Source: an uncultured delta proteobacterium
GTDB lineage: Bacteria > Desulfobacterota > Syntrophia > Syntrophales > UBA2185
Direction: 5' to 3'
NCBI GenBank assembly: GCA_963729715.1
Contig: CAVSPA010000007.1
Location: 384,001 to 448,000 of the forward strand
Length of the DNA: 64,000 nt
Each line of letters starts with the position of its first letter. The first letter of the stretch is position 1. The notes beneath the pieces were generated by a model. That model saw nothing but the letters and a program-made list of their open reading frames with translations, did not search any database and was not told the origin of the DNA. This document shows positions 29,108 to 38,485 of the stretch, piece by piece. The position numbers were made by a program, and so were the translations under genes.

Positions 29108-29140
29108 AAAAATCCAATCGCTGCTTTTTTCAGGATCTCC
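29108..29140. repeat. Imperfect direct repeat, left copy
   Basis: AAAAATCCAATCGCTGCTTTTTTCAGGATCTCC; 29 of 33 positions match 33996-34027. Confidence 0.65.
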
Positions 29141-29307
29141 GACTCAGCGGAATCATGCCTTACTCAATTTAAGAACCAGCGAAAGCCGCGCATAAACCAG
29201 CCGTTATTTGCCAAGAGGCGGGTCACGACATAGGTCAGTATGATGTAGACCGGTGTGAGGGCAACAGAAACCCATAGGTCATGGCTAAAGGCTGCAATGC
29301 GGACCTG

Positions 29308-29550
29308 CTATCGAAGGTTAGCTACCGTTTCCCCCTGTGCTTCCTGAGACTTGGCCACGGCTGATTCTCTTGCTTCTTCAGACGCAGTCTTGCCCGATAG
29401 CTTCGCCGCCATATCTTTTGCCGTTTCGGAAAGTGTAACATCATCTTGTTTCTTGGGCTGTGGCGCCTGCGCAGGTGCCCTTTCTTGTTTTGTAACGGCC
29501 TGGACAGCTTCGGCGGTAACGTTCTTTTGGCTGACCGGATCAATATTCAT
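29308..29550 (-). CDS. Small hypothetical protein with an FlgM-like D-x-V-x-L-S motif
   Basis: AAGGAG RBS; MNIDPV...QDDVTLSETAK low-complexity helical protein; sigma28-like promoter upstream. Confidence 0.65.
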   Translation of the reverse strand: MNIDPVSQKNVTAEAVQAVTKQERAPAQAPQPKKQDDVTLSETAKDMAAKLSGKTASEEARESAVAKSQEAQGETVANLR

Positions 29551-29596
29551 CTTCTTATCTCCTTTTCAGATACTCAGTCGCACCTATGTTTTAATG

Positions 29597-29624
29597 ATAT
29601 CGTCAGAAATGGAGAATAACTTAA
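29597..29624 (-). promoter_or_regulatory. Sigma28-type promoter
   Basis: Minus strand TTAA-N16-GACGATAT, same spacing as the 10316 site. Confidence 0.55.
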
Positions 29625-29772
29625 GTTTTTTTTGTGAGAGGCTGTCAGTTTGTGGGTTATCAGCGAATGAGAGTTTGTAAGGGTATGATTATTCGGAAAA
29701 ACAAGGTACCGGGATGGACTAAACAAAGATCCATAAGAAGAAATACCTAACTCGAAGACGGTTTCTTTTCAA

Positions 29773-31161
29773 TCAGAGAGCTGGCTCCCCGCCTATTTGT
29801 GTGTGTGATGAAAGCAGTGAAAAATAGAACGTCGCTCCCTCATCTACCTTTCCTTCCGCCCATACCCTGCCGCCATGCCTCCGTATGATGCGCTGGACGG
29901 TTGCCAGGCCGACGCCCGTGCCTTCGAACTGGTCCGTACTGTGAAGTCTCTGAAAGACGCCAAACAGTTTATCGTAATAGGCCATGTCGAAGCCCACGCC
30001 GTTGTCCTTTACATAATACACTATTTCATTTCCCTCGGCGTAGCCTCCCACAACGATCTCGGCGGCATCTTTGTATTTTGTAAATTTTGCGGCGTTGGAC
30101 AGAATGTTGATCAAGACCTGCTTGATGAGCGCCCTGTCTCCGTAGCACGGAGGCATGCTCTCCACTGCGGGCTTTATCTTCCTCTCGGGGTCGCTCGCCT
30201 GCACTTCTTTCCATGCATCTTTCACGAGGATATTCACGTCTAAGAGCGCTAAAGAGATCTCCTTCCGCCCTAAGCGTGAGAAGGTCAAGAGGTCATCGAT
30301 AAGCTGGCCCATCAGGTGCGTGCTCGATCTGATCACGTTAAACTTATCGAGGGTGTCCGCGTCAAACTTATCTGCCTGTTTCTTTAGGATCAGGCGCGCA
30401 TACCCGTCTATGGCGCGGAGCGGCGCGCGCAGATCATGGGAGACGGAGTAGCTGAAGCTCTCCAGTTCCTTGTTCAATTCTTCAAGTGCTACCGCGCTTT
30501 TCTCAAGGGCCCTATGATCCTCTTCCAATCGCTGCTGAATGGCCCGAAACTCCTCGTTCTGCACCTTCAGCTCTGCCGTAATATCCTCTAACTCGGCCGT
30601 CCGCTTTCTGATTTCAAAGTCCAGCCGATCTTCTCTCTTCTTCTGTTCGGTGAGATCGGTAATGACCATGCTCACCGACAGTTGTTCTTCAATTTGGAGA
30701 GGGTTTGTGGAGACAGCGACGGGAAGATACTCACCCCTCGCAGTACTGAGCAGGAACTCACTCTTTTGTTTCCCGGCTAAGCTAAGCGCCAGAAGTCTGA
30801 CAAAGTCCTTTTCCCCGCTTTCGTGGACGAAGGAGTGAAAGAAAGAACCCACTATCCTTTCGAGGACAAGACCCAGCATATCTGCAAAGCGCTGGTTCGC
30901 ATAGATGACTGTTCCATCGGGCAGAAGTGTGACGGTGCCTTCATTGATATTCTCGATGATCATCTGGTAAGGATAGTCGGCGCCTTTCAGTGTAAAGATC
31001 TGCGGACCTGTCGCCGTTTCGATTGCGAGGGCGTCCACTTCACCGTTGCGAATCGCACGCAGGGTCTCTTCCGCTTCCGCCAGCCGCGACTCCAGGTGTT
31101 CCACTTTGGCCCGGAGATCTTCTCGTTTCGGTTTTTGGGGTTTGCGCACAACCTTCTTCAT
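29773..31161 (-). CDS. PAS domain sensor histidine kinase in the kai operon
   Basis: Coiled coil, PAS, SYSVSHDLRAPL H-box, N/G1/F/G2 boxes; ATGA overlap with kaiB. Confidence 0.92.
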   Translation of the reverse strand: MKKVVRKPQKPKREDLRAKVEHLESRLAEAEETLRAIRNGEVDALAIETATGPQIFTLKGADYPYQMIIENINEGTVTLLPDGTVIYANQRFADMLGLVLERIVGSFFHSFVHESGEKDFVRLLALSLAGKQKSEFLLSTARGEYLPVAVSTNPLQIEEQLSVSMVITDLTEQKKREDRLDFEIRKRTAELEDITAELKVQNEEFRAIQQRLEEDHRALEKSAVALEELNKELESFSYSVSHDLRAPLRAIDGYARLILKKQADKFDADTLDKFNVIRSSTHLMGQLIDDLLTFSRLGRKEISLALLDVNILVKDAWKEVQASDPERKIKPAVESMPPCYGDRALIKQVLINILSNAAKFTKYKDAAEIVVGGYAEGNEIVYYVKDNGVGFDMAYYDKLFGVFQRLHSTDQFEGTGVGLATVQRIIRRHGGRVWAEGKVDEGATFYFSLLSSHTQIGGEPAL

Positions 31162-31508
31162 GATTTCTTCGGCCTCAAATCTATTCCCACCAGGAACCTT
31201 TCCGTATCCGACATGTCGCCGATGAGCCTGCGAAGCGGCAGGGGCAGCTTCTTAATCAATGTGGGGGCCGCAATAATCTGCTCACCTTGGGCAAGTTTGG
31301 GCTGCTGATAGATATCGATGACCTCGAGCTCATAACGTCCTGTGAGATATTTTTCGCAGATATCTTTGACATTCGCGATCGCCTTTGTCGATCTGGGGGT
31401 CAGCCCTGTAATATAGAGGCGCAAAATGTACTTTTCCTCTTTGGACCTTTTTACAGCCTTTTGTAATTCCTGCTCACCTGTTGTGGTCTTCTTCTTAGTC
31501 ATCAGCAT
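31158..31508 (-). CDS. kaiB: Circadian clock KaiB family protein (copy 2)
   Basis: YILRLYITG.TPRS..AI.N...ICE..L.GRY.LEVIDI, IIAAPTLIK.LP.P.RR.IGD.S. Confidence 0.93.
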   Translation of the reverse strand: MLMTKKKTTTGEQELQKAVKRSKEEKYILRLYITGLTPRSTKAIANVKDICEKYLTGRYELEVIDIYQQPKLAQGEQIIAAPTLIKKLPLPLRRLIGDMSDTERFLVGIDLRPKKS

Positions 31509-31520
31509 TGCCCCACGGAT

Positions 31521-31862
31521 TTATTTGACGGCCTTTGCAGCAGGCTTGATGTCGAGTCCGATTAATACGCGCTCCGTGTTGGCCAGATCTCCGATGAGCT
31601 TTTTCACCGGCGGGGGAAGTTGCCTCACCAGTGTCGGGATGGCAAGGATCTGGTCTCCTTTTGCGAGCATGGGATTCTTAAGGAGGTCTACGATCTCGAT
31701 CCGGTACTTGCCGGCAAGGTGCTTTTCACAGATCTCTTTGAGATTGGCGAAGGCCGCAATCGACTTTGGCGTCTGCCCGGCTACATACAGCTTCAGTATC
31801 CATATCTCTTGGACGGGAGCCGGTTTTGCTGGTTTCTTTTTCTTGGTTGGCTCGTTCTTCAT
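31521..31862 (-). CDS. kaiB: Circadian clock KaiB family protein (copy 1)
   Basis: [46 protein letters not shown]. Confidence 0.93.
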   Translation of the reverse strand: MKNEPTKKKKPAKPAPVQEIWILKLYVAGQTPKSIAAFANLKEICEKHLAGKYRIEIVDLLKNPMLAKGDQILAIPTLVRQLPPPVKKLIGDLANTERVLIGLDIKPAAKAVK

Positions 31863-33598
31863 TTCACGCCCTTCTTCTTCCCTTCTTTCCGGGAACCCTT
31901 TGAACGATCCGCTTTGCGCAGACGCCCCATCTCGGCCCGGTCTGCGATCACACCGTTTCGCTTTTTCTTCTCATGCGCAGCCATAAACCTAAGTTCCTCG
32001 GACTCCATGTTAAACTCAGCGCGCATCCCCTCGATCTTAGCCTCCAGGACTTTGCGTTTGCGTTCGTGCTCGCGCATCATCCGGTCCGCCTCATGCTGGT
32101 AATACCTTGCCTCTCCATGCTCCTTCGCTTCCTGCGCCGCACGGGCGCTCCCTGTGAGTACACCTCCCGGACCGAGATAAACATCGACAAGCTCGATGCC
32201 ACGGTCGCTGAGTAGGACTTCGCGGATCTGGTTGGAGTGGGCCATGCCACGGGATTTCAGGATGTACAGGCCGCGGTTCCGCTCCCCGTTGATTTCGATA
32301 TCGCGCAGCAGGATCCAGGTGTCGATGAGCGATGAAATCTCTTCATTTGTGCTCTCCAAGTTGTTTCCAAAATGGACCAAGTCCGTAAGAAGCGTGGTGA
32401 CATGGCTCGCCTTCAGGTAATCGAAGAGCCGGGTGAGCACCGATTTAACCTCGACGGAACTACCCACGGCAGTCAGGTTGCTTACCGGATCCACGATGAC
32501 GATCTGGGGTTTAAACTCGGCGATCAGGTTATGGATCGTGACTAAGTGCATCTCCAAGCCGTAAAGGGAAGGACGGCTCGCGTGAAACTTGAGTTTCCCC
32601 TTTTTCACCCAGGGGGCGAGGTCCGTGCCGATGGACTTCATGTTACGTATGATCTGGTCGGCCGATTCCTCGAAGGCAAAGTAGAGGCAGCGTTCACCGC
32701 GCCTGCAGGCGGACTCGGTAAACTTCGCCGCAAAGCTGGTCTTTCCTGTGCCTGCCGTGCCGGAGATGAGGATGGTGCTTCCGCGGTAGAAGCCTTTCCC
32801 GGCAAGCATGTTGTCCAGGCGCGTGATGCCGGAGGCGATGCGTTCGTTGGAAACGGTATGTTCGAGGCCGAGCGATGTCACCGGCAGGATGGAAATGCCG
32901 GTATTCTCGATGAGAAAGGGATACTCGTCTGCGCCGTGGGAAGAGCCTCGGTACTTGATGATGCGCAAACGCCGGGTGGAGATCTGCTCTCTGACCCGGA
33001 AGTCGAGGAGGATCACGCAATCGGCAACGTATTCCTCAAGGCCATAGCGTGTGAGGGTCTTTTCCCCGCTTTCTCCCGTGACGATGGCCGTGATTCCTCG
33101 GTCTTTCAGCCGGTGGAAGAGCCTGCGAAACTCCGCCCGCAGAATGCCGACATTGGAAAACCCGGAAAACAGGGATTCGATGGTATCGAGAACGATCCGT
33201 TTCGCCTTGATCGAATCGATGGCATGGGCGAGGCGGATGAAAAGACCTTCAAGGTCGTATTCGCCCGTCTCCTCAATCTCGCTCCTCTTGATATAGACAT
33301 GGTCCATGGCGATGAGCTTGCGGGCGATCATGTCGTTCAGGTCGTAACCGAGGGAGGCGAAGTTCTGGGCCAGGTCTTTGGGCGTTTCCTCGAAGGAAAC
33401 GAAGACACCTGGCTCCTTGAACTGGATCGCGCCCCGGAGGAGAAACTCCATGGCAAGCACGGTCTTCCCGCAGCCGGCGCTCCCGCAGATCAAGGTGGAA
33501 CGGCCCTTCGGCAGCCCGCCGCTGCTGACTTCGTCAAAACCCCTGATACCGGTCGGGCACTTCTCCAAGACAACGGCCCGCTGATGCTTTGCCATCAT
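31859..33598 (-). CDS. kaiC: Circadian clock protein KaiC (double ATPase)
   Basis: Two Walker A motifs ([16 protein letters not shown]), two FEE motifs, [28 protein letters not shown] phosphosite loop. Confidence 0.95.
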   Translation of the reverse strand: MMAKHQRAVVLEKCPTGIRGFDEVSSGGLPKGRSTLICGSAGCGKTVLAMEFLLRGAIQFKEPGVFVSFEETPKDLAQNFASLGYDLNDMIARKLIAMDHVYIKRSEIEETGEYDLEGLFIRLAHAIDSIKAKRIVLDTIESLFSGFSNVGILRAEFRRLFHRLKDRGITAIVTGESGEKTLTRYGLEEYVADCVILLDFRVREQISTRRLRIIKYRGSSHGADEYPFLIENTGISILPVTSLGLEHTVSNERIASGITRLDNMLAGKGFYRGSTILISGTAGTGKTSFAAKFTESACRRGERCLYFAFEESADQIIRNMKSIGTDLAPWVKKGKLKFHASRPSLYGLEMHLVTIHNLIAEFKPQIVIVDPVSNLTAVGSSVEVKSVLTRLFDYLKASHVTTLLTDLVHFGNNLESTNEEISSLIDTWILLRDIEINGERNRGLYILKSRGMAHSNQIREVLLSDRGIELVDVYLGPGGVLTGSARAAQEAKEHGEARYYQHEADRMMREHERKRKVLEAKIEGMRAEFNMESEELRFMAAHEKKKRNGVIADRAEMGRLRKADRSKGSRKEGKKKGVK

Positions 33599-33995
33599 GC
33601 GCCTCCATTATGGCTGAGAGGTTTATAGGGGGACCATATGGAACATCCATTGGATGGAAGATGTCGGGATAATGAGAGCATCCTGTCTGGACAGCTGACC
33701 ATTTCTTGTATCTATAATTTAAGAGAAACGCAAGAGAAAAGGCTGGCTTAAGATGCCGGAAAATCTTAGAAAATGCTGCAACTGCTTATCAATCTTATCA
33801 ATGCATCACATTGCGATTAAAACTTAACGATTGATTGGAGGGAGAAATATTTGATGGGAAAGCGGCCGACATTTCGTTTAGCAAAAAGATTTATATTTTG
33901 CGATATATCTTCTCTTATTGAGAACGGCCAATAAATCTTACTGCATGTAAGAAAGGATGCACGTCAAAATTGCCTGACGCTTGCTTTAAGGAACA

Positions 33996-34027
33996 AAAAA
34001 TCCAATGGCTGCTTTTTCAAGATCGCC
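33996..34027. repeat. Imperfect direct repeat, right copy
   Basis: AAAAATCCAATGGCTGCTTTTTCAAGATCGCC; matches 29108-29140. Confidence 0.65.
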
Positions 34028-34080
34028 CATCCGCCCAATCGCTCTTTGCGACTGTAAAACGCGAGCGGAGATGTCCCTTT

Positions 34081-34737
34081 TCATAGCGAATGCTGGAGGA
34101 CAATGATCTCCGGTTCTTTGGGGAGGGCCGCAGCCGTAACCTTCACTTCCGATTTCGGCAGAACCTGAACGTTCTTTTTGCCCCGCGTAAATTCGGCGAC
34201 GGTAGTAATCGGAAAGCTGCATTTTTCCGTCTTGTAGTGCATGGGTATGGTGATAGACGGTCTGATGTTGTTCATGACTTTCGTGGCCGCCTGTGCATCA
34301 ATGGTGTAGAAACCACCCACGGGCAAAAACAGTACATCCACTTTGCCGATTTTCTTCAGCGTCTGTGGGTCGAGGTCATGCCCGAGGTCTCCCATGTGTA
34401 ACAGCTTTATGCCGTCTGCGGAAATAAGCGTAAGCAGGTTATTTCCCCTTTCCTTCCCCGAGGCAGCATCATGGAAGGTCGGAAGTGTCTCAAGCTTCAC
34501 GTCTTTGATCTCGTAGCTCCCTTGTTGCTTTATGTGATCATATTTACCCCGAATGCTTTTTGTGTAGTTGTGGTCTCCGTGATCGTGGCTTGTAATGACG
34601 ATGTCGGCTTCGTCATCGATTGTACGATAGGATAAGGCACCGTTTGAAAATCCGTGTTCATAAGGGTCGATGATGATCCTTGTCCCATTCTCAGTCGTTA
34701 TCTTAAAAGCTGCATGACCATACCATTCTATATTCAT
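34081..34737 (-). CDS. MBL-fold metallo-hydrolase
   Basis: WYGHAAF, IDPY, TSHDHGDH, HMGDLG, PVGG, IPMHY. Confidence 0.9.
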   Translation of the reverse strand: MNIEWYGHAAFKITTENGTRIIIDPYEHGFSNGALSYRTIDDEADIVITSHDHGDHNYTKSIRGKYDHIKQQGSYEIKDVKLETLPTFHDAASGKERGNNLLTLISADGIKLLHMGDLGHDLDPQTLKKIGKVDVLFLPVGGFYTIDAQAATKVMNNIRPSITIPMHYKTEKCSFPITTVAEFTRGKKNVQVLPKSEVKVTAAALPKEPEIIVLQHSL

Positions 34738-34819
34738 GGCGATACCTCCTTATGCTGGGAATGTTTATTTCTCTTATCCAGAAGAATAAGTCCACCGACA
34801 TGTATGGAGCAAGATGTGC

Positions 34820-35509
34820 CTATCGACCGCGCTTGGGATATCCGACCGACTGCGCCAGAATGATTTTCTGATCCGCCCTCAATTTCATGGCCTTTGCGAG
34901 CGCCGGTTTGTCTATATACGCGCGCACGACCGTCGCCAACCCGGTGGAGGCGCAATAGAGATACACATTTTCACTTATGAAACCCGTGTCTGCCGCAGCA
35001 TACAGTTCTCGATCTGGAGACGAACTCATTCGAGAAAGATCGGCCACATATATAAGATTAACTGCAGCCTCTTTGACATAGTCCTGCTTGCCGGCAAGCG
35101 CTCTCAGGTCTCCTGCAGCGATCATCTTCAACGAGTGTGATTTTGCCTCGTAGAGGTAAATACCGCTTTCAGTGGCAACATAAACGTCAATTTCCTGTTT
35201 ATTCATTGCAGTAGGCGCTGTCCGTCTGCCCGAATCAGGACGATTGATTCCTGCAGCAGCCCAGAGCATATTTGAAAGAATATTCTCCGGTAATGCCTCC
35301 GAGCCGAATTCGCGGGAAGAGCTTCTCTTTGCCAGAACCTCCATCAGCGGATTGCCGGCGATCTGCGGCTTTGTAAGCTGAATCGATTTCTGTTTCTGCG
35401 CCATGGTAATATCCTGACCCATAGCCGGGATGATGATGACAGAAGTTAGAATAACGGCTGCAATTACGGGCGTGATGTTAAAACCCCTGCTTCTTGATTT
35501 CGTCTTCAT
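34820..35509 (-). CDS. SagB/ThcOx-like nitroreductase family protein, with signal peptide
   Basis: KRSSSREF, LWAAAGINR..GRRTAPTA.N, DTGFISENVYL, QSVGYP. GAGGAG RBS before MKTKS. Confidence 0.85.
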   Translation of the reverse strand: MKTKSRSRGFNITPVIAAVILTSVIIIPAMGQDITMAQKQKSIQLTKPQIAGNPLMEVLAKRSSSREFGSEALPENILSNMLWAAAGINRPDSGRRTAPTAMNKQEIDVYVATESGIYLYEAKSHSLKMIAAGDLRALAGKQDYVKEAAVNLIYVADLSRMSSSPDRELYAAADTGFISENVYLYCASTGLATVVRAYIDKPALAKAMKLRADQKIILAQSVGYPKRGR

Positions 35510-35567
35510 ATGTGTAAACTCCTCTTGGTTTGTAAGTGCCACGGTGTAAATCATCTCATTGTTAGGG

Positions 35568-35642
35568 TGTCGTATCGACCGCAGAGAGATATCTTTTAGT
35601 ATTACCTTCCACGACTAAGATTTCTCGCTTCTCGAAATGACA
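35568..35642. repeat. TGTC...GACA palindromic (REP/MITE-like) element
   Basis: Outer IR TGTCGTATCGA / TCGAAATGACA (9/11) and inner IR GAGATATCTT / AAGATTTCTC (9/10). Confidence 0.5.
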
Positions 35643-35707
35643 ATAGCATATGGGAATTCCCGAAGTGTCGCATAAAATGCGTAAACCGAATTTATGAACT
35701 AGTGCAC

Positions 35708-36109
35708 TTAGCTGGTTCCGTCCCGATTGTTTTCGCTGCCGTCATCGGACATTGAGTGTGACGGCAGGTGCCTGGCAGTAAAGAAACCGGCAAAAGATAC
35801 AAAGATGGTAATCACAGCTACCGTGAATGCGAGTGATTTACCGTGCCATAACCCGTTAAACCAACGCCGGAAGTCATCTGCAAGCACGGCTGCCTTTCCG
35901 CCGTAGACTTCCAGATCATGTCTATAGATCTTCGTATTTTCCGGCATGATCGGATAAATAGTACCGCCGATTATCTGGTAACCGAGAGCACCGCTCGCAT
36001 CCATATCGGCTGTCTGATAAATGAAGATGGCCGTACCCAGACCAACCAGCAGGATAATCGTGCTTAAGAGATTAATGCAGATGAGCAAGCCTGCGCCTTT
36101 CCATTTCAT
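35708..36109 (-). CDS. Hypothetical two-TM membrane protein
   Basis: Two hydrophobic helices flanking ...YRHDLEVYGGKAAVLA...WF.GLWHGKSLA. Confidence 0.7.
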   Translation of the reverse strand: MKWKGAGLLICINLLSTIILLVGLGTAIFIYQTADMDASGALGYQIIGGTIYPIMPENTKIYRHDLEVYGGKAAVLADDFRRWFNGLWHGKSLAFTVAVITIFVSFAGFFTARHLPSHSMSDDGSENNRDGTS

Positions 36110-36244
36110 GTTGTACCTGTTTTCGCTGTTGTGTCTCTACAACTTTGGAAACGCTAGGACATGAGCGCTGTCCGAAAGTTTGACTCCTCTGGAGACAGTA
36201 TAAGAAGAAATGCATCGTGTGTCAATGAGTCATTGAAGAGCGAA

Positions 36245-37571
36245 TTGCCTCACATTAAATGTTACCCAAGGGGGTGAATAAAAGAGATCGTTGACTCATA
36301 ATTCGATGTTACCGAACATCGACTTCCAAAAGGGAGGGATAATCATGAGTCCACGGTCCAAAAGAGAGTATTGGGAGGCAGTACATTTACGGTATAAAAA
36401 TGCCACCCGTCGTGAGAAAACCGCCATTCTGGATGAATTCTGTGCCACCTGCGGATGTCACCGCAAACATGCCATCAGGGTCCTCAAGAGATTCAAACGC
36501 TTTACCAAACCAAAGGCAAAGAAAAGAGGGAAACCGTCGGTTTATCAGAATGAAGCAGTCCGTAAACCACTTAAAGAAATCTGGCTTAAAGCTAATCTCC
36601 CCTGCTCAAAGCGCCTTAAAGCCATCCTGCCGATCTGGCTGCCCGGATATGTTCAACTCTTCGGCCAACTCTCTGTGGATGTTACCAATGCCTTACTGAA
36701 AATCTCCCCTCCAACAATAGACAGGATTCTAAAGCCTATCCGAATCCATTACACAAAACGGGGACGGAGTACCACAAAGCCAGGCACCCTCTTACGAAAA
36801 CAAGTACCCATCAAAACCAACCAGTGGGACGAATCACGTCCAGGATTCCTCGAAGCCGATACGGTTGCTCATTGCGGCGATTCCATCTCCGGAATGTACG
36901 CCAATACCATTGGCTTCGTAGATATTGCCACCGGCTGGACTGAACAGCGTGCCGTATGGGGAAAGGGTGAAACAGGTGTCCTGGAACAAATTAAAAACAT
37001 AGAAATAACACTCCCGTTCCCTATGCTCGGCTTCGATTGTGATAATGGGGGTGAGTTCCTCAACTATCACCTCCAGAGACACTTTACAGAAAGAAAACAA
37101 CCCGTCCAGTTCACCAGGAGCAGAGCCTATCACAAGGATGACAATGCCCATATAGAACAGAAAAACTGGACTCACATAAGACAGTGGCTCGGATATGAAC
37201 GTTTAGACAATCCCAGGGTCGTGCCCCTGCTGAACAACCTCTATGGTAAAGAATGGAGACTCTTCCACAACTTCTTCTGCCCCTCAGTAAAACTCATCGC
37301 CAAAGAAAGGATCGGATCTAAAACCATCAAACGCCATGACTCTCCTAAAACACCTTACCGGAGAATCATGGATTCTCCTCATATCCAGGAATCCGTCAAA
37401 CTCTCCCTCTCCAAACAACTTGAAAACCTGAACCCTTTTCTGCTAAGAAATACCATGGATAAGAAATTGAAAATAATCTTCTCCATAAACAACAAACCCG
37501 GGTAACATTCTTTATGAGGCAACGTTACCTTCCAACACTCTCCCTTCGGTAACATTTATTTATGAGGCAAC
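36245..37571 (+). mobile_element. Insertion sequence with rve-type (ISNCY/IS481-like) transposase and duplicated terminal inverted repeats
   Basis: Left TTGCCTCACATTAAATGTTACCCAAGGG and CGTTGACTCATAATTCGATGTTACC; right GGTAACATTCTTTATGAGGCAACG and CCCTTCGGTAACATTTATTTATGAGGCAAC. Confidence 0.8.
36345..37505 (+). CDS. Integrase-core (DDE) transposase
   Basis: K..ILDEFC...G.HRKHAIR.L, PGFLEADTVAHCG, DCDNGGEFLN, FTRSRAY.KDDNAHIEQKN. GGAGG RBS before ATG 36345. Confidence 0.9.
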   Translation: MSPRSKREYWEAVHLRYKNATRREKTAILDEFCATCGCHRKHAIRVLKRFKRFTKPKAKKRGKPSVYQNEAVRKPLKEIWLKANLPCSKRLKAILPIWLPGYVQLFGQLSVDVTNALLKISPPTIDRILKPIRIHYTKRGRSTTKPGTLLRKQVPIKTNQWDESRPGFLEADTVAHCGDSISGMYANTIGFVDIATGWTEQRAVWGKGETGVLEQIKNIEITLPFPMLGFDCDNGGEFLNYHLQRHFTERKQPVQFTRSRAYHKDDNAHIEQKNWTHIRQWLGYERLDNPRVVPLLNNLYGKEWRLFHNFFCPSVKLIAKERIGSKTIKRHDSPKTPYRRIMDSPHIQESVKLSLSKQLENLNPFLLRNTMDKKLKIIFSINNKPG

Positions 37572-37699
37572 TGGAGAGAGGTGCATAGAATCTCCATGTT
37601 TGTAGAAGTTACATGGTGACGGCAACAGTCCCGATCCGCTCAAATCAAAGAGCGGATAATAAAGAATATCAAAACACCTATTCTCTTATCTCCTGACCT

Positions 37700-38344
37700 G
37701 TGCTAAAATTCGTAGGGGTTGTATCCGGCCCTGCAGGCTCAAGCTGCGGAAAGCGAATAACCGAAGGGAATCCTCTCAACGTGACATTTCTCTCTTTCGA
37801 CAGCATCGAAAAAATAGAGTGCGAGACAGAAATAAGGGCGGCGACCTCAGATACTGTCCATGATTTCAAGGTCACTTGGGAACCATACGTGGACGACAAA
37901 ATTATATGGCAAAAGGACAGAGATTTTGACTACCGCTGTTTCGAATGGGATAGAATAATCAATATGTCGCTCAGTTCTGTGTTCATTGATAAGTGCTTTG
38001 CAGCGTATACCGGCACGCGGCTGGATGGTTTATTGTCTTTCAGGCATCACCGCTTATTGTATCTGGATTTTTTTGCCACGGCTCCCTGGAATTATTACGG
38101 CACCGCCGGCAGAGTGCAGCGCATAGGATCGGGTCTCGTTTATTTCACTATTAAGACGAGCCTCTCTCTATCACTGAATGGAGAATTTGTCCTTTATGCA
38201 TTGGGCGGATCCGAGCAATACTGTGAAAGAATCGGGATGGTCCCTACAGGTGACTACAAGTTCGGCCTGAAAAAGTATCACATGGCGAAAGACAAGGCGG
38301 CGGCTTTTGGAAGAAGTTTCCGGAAGTACGTGATTAACGAATAG
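37700..38344 (+). CDS. Hypothetical protein with GNAT-like C-terminal half
   Basis: LYLDFFATAPWN...RIGSGL.......S......G...LYAL..SEQYCERIGM resembles GNAT motifs A/B; start uncertain. Confidence 0.6.
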   Translation: MLKFVGVVSGPAGSSCGKRITEGNPLNVTFLSFDSIEKIECETEIRAATSDTVHDFKVTWEPYVDDKIIWQKDRDFDYRCFEWDRIINMSLSSVFIDKCFAAYTGTRLDGLLSFRHHRLLYLDFFATAPWNYYGTAGRVQRIGSGLVYFTIKTSLSLSLNGEFVLYALGGSEQYCERIGMVPTGDYKFGLKKYHMAKDKAAAFGRSFRKYVINE

Positions 38345-38485
38345 ATGGCGGCCGCTCACTTGAAGATTTGGTTGAGGGCCAATATACCGCCCAAGATTAT
38401 GTCTGGAAATGTTTAACCATATGGTGTAAGATTTTACAGAGTAGAATATTTTTCTTCATCATGAAGGCATAAGGATCTTTCAGAT

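Noticed and set aside
32546..33628. Long antisense ORFs (e.g. 360 aa opposite kaiC; also opposite typA, AOR, the Mo enzyme and the cyclase)
   Set aside because: Typical antisense shadows of GC-rich coding sequence, with no motifs.
34820..35509. SagB/ThcOx-like gene as part of a second RiPP cluster
   Set aside because: No YcaO or precursor nearby and it carries a signal peptide; stand-alone nitroreductase-fold proteins of this type are common.
37501..37571. Two ~24-30-bp direct repeats as a mini CRISPR array
   Set aside because: Only two units, no cas genes, and inverted counterparts at 36245-36315 identify them as IS ends.
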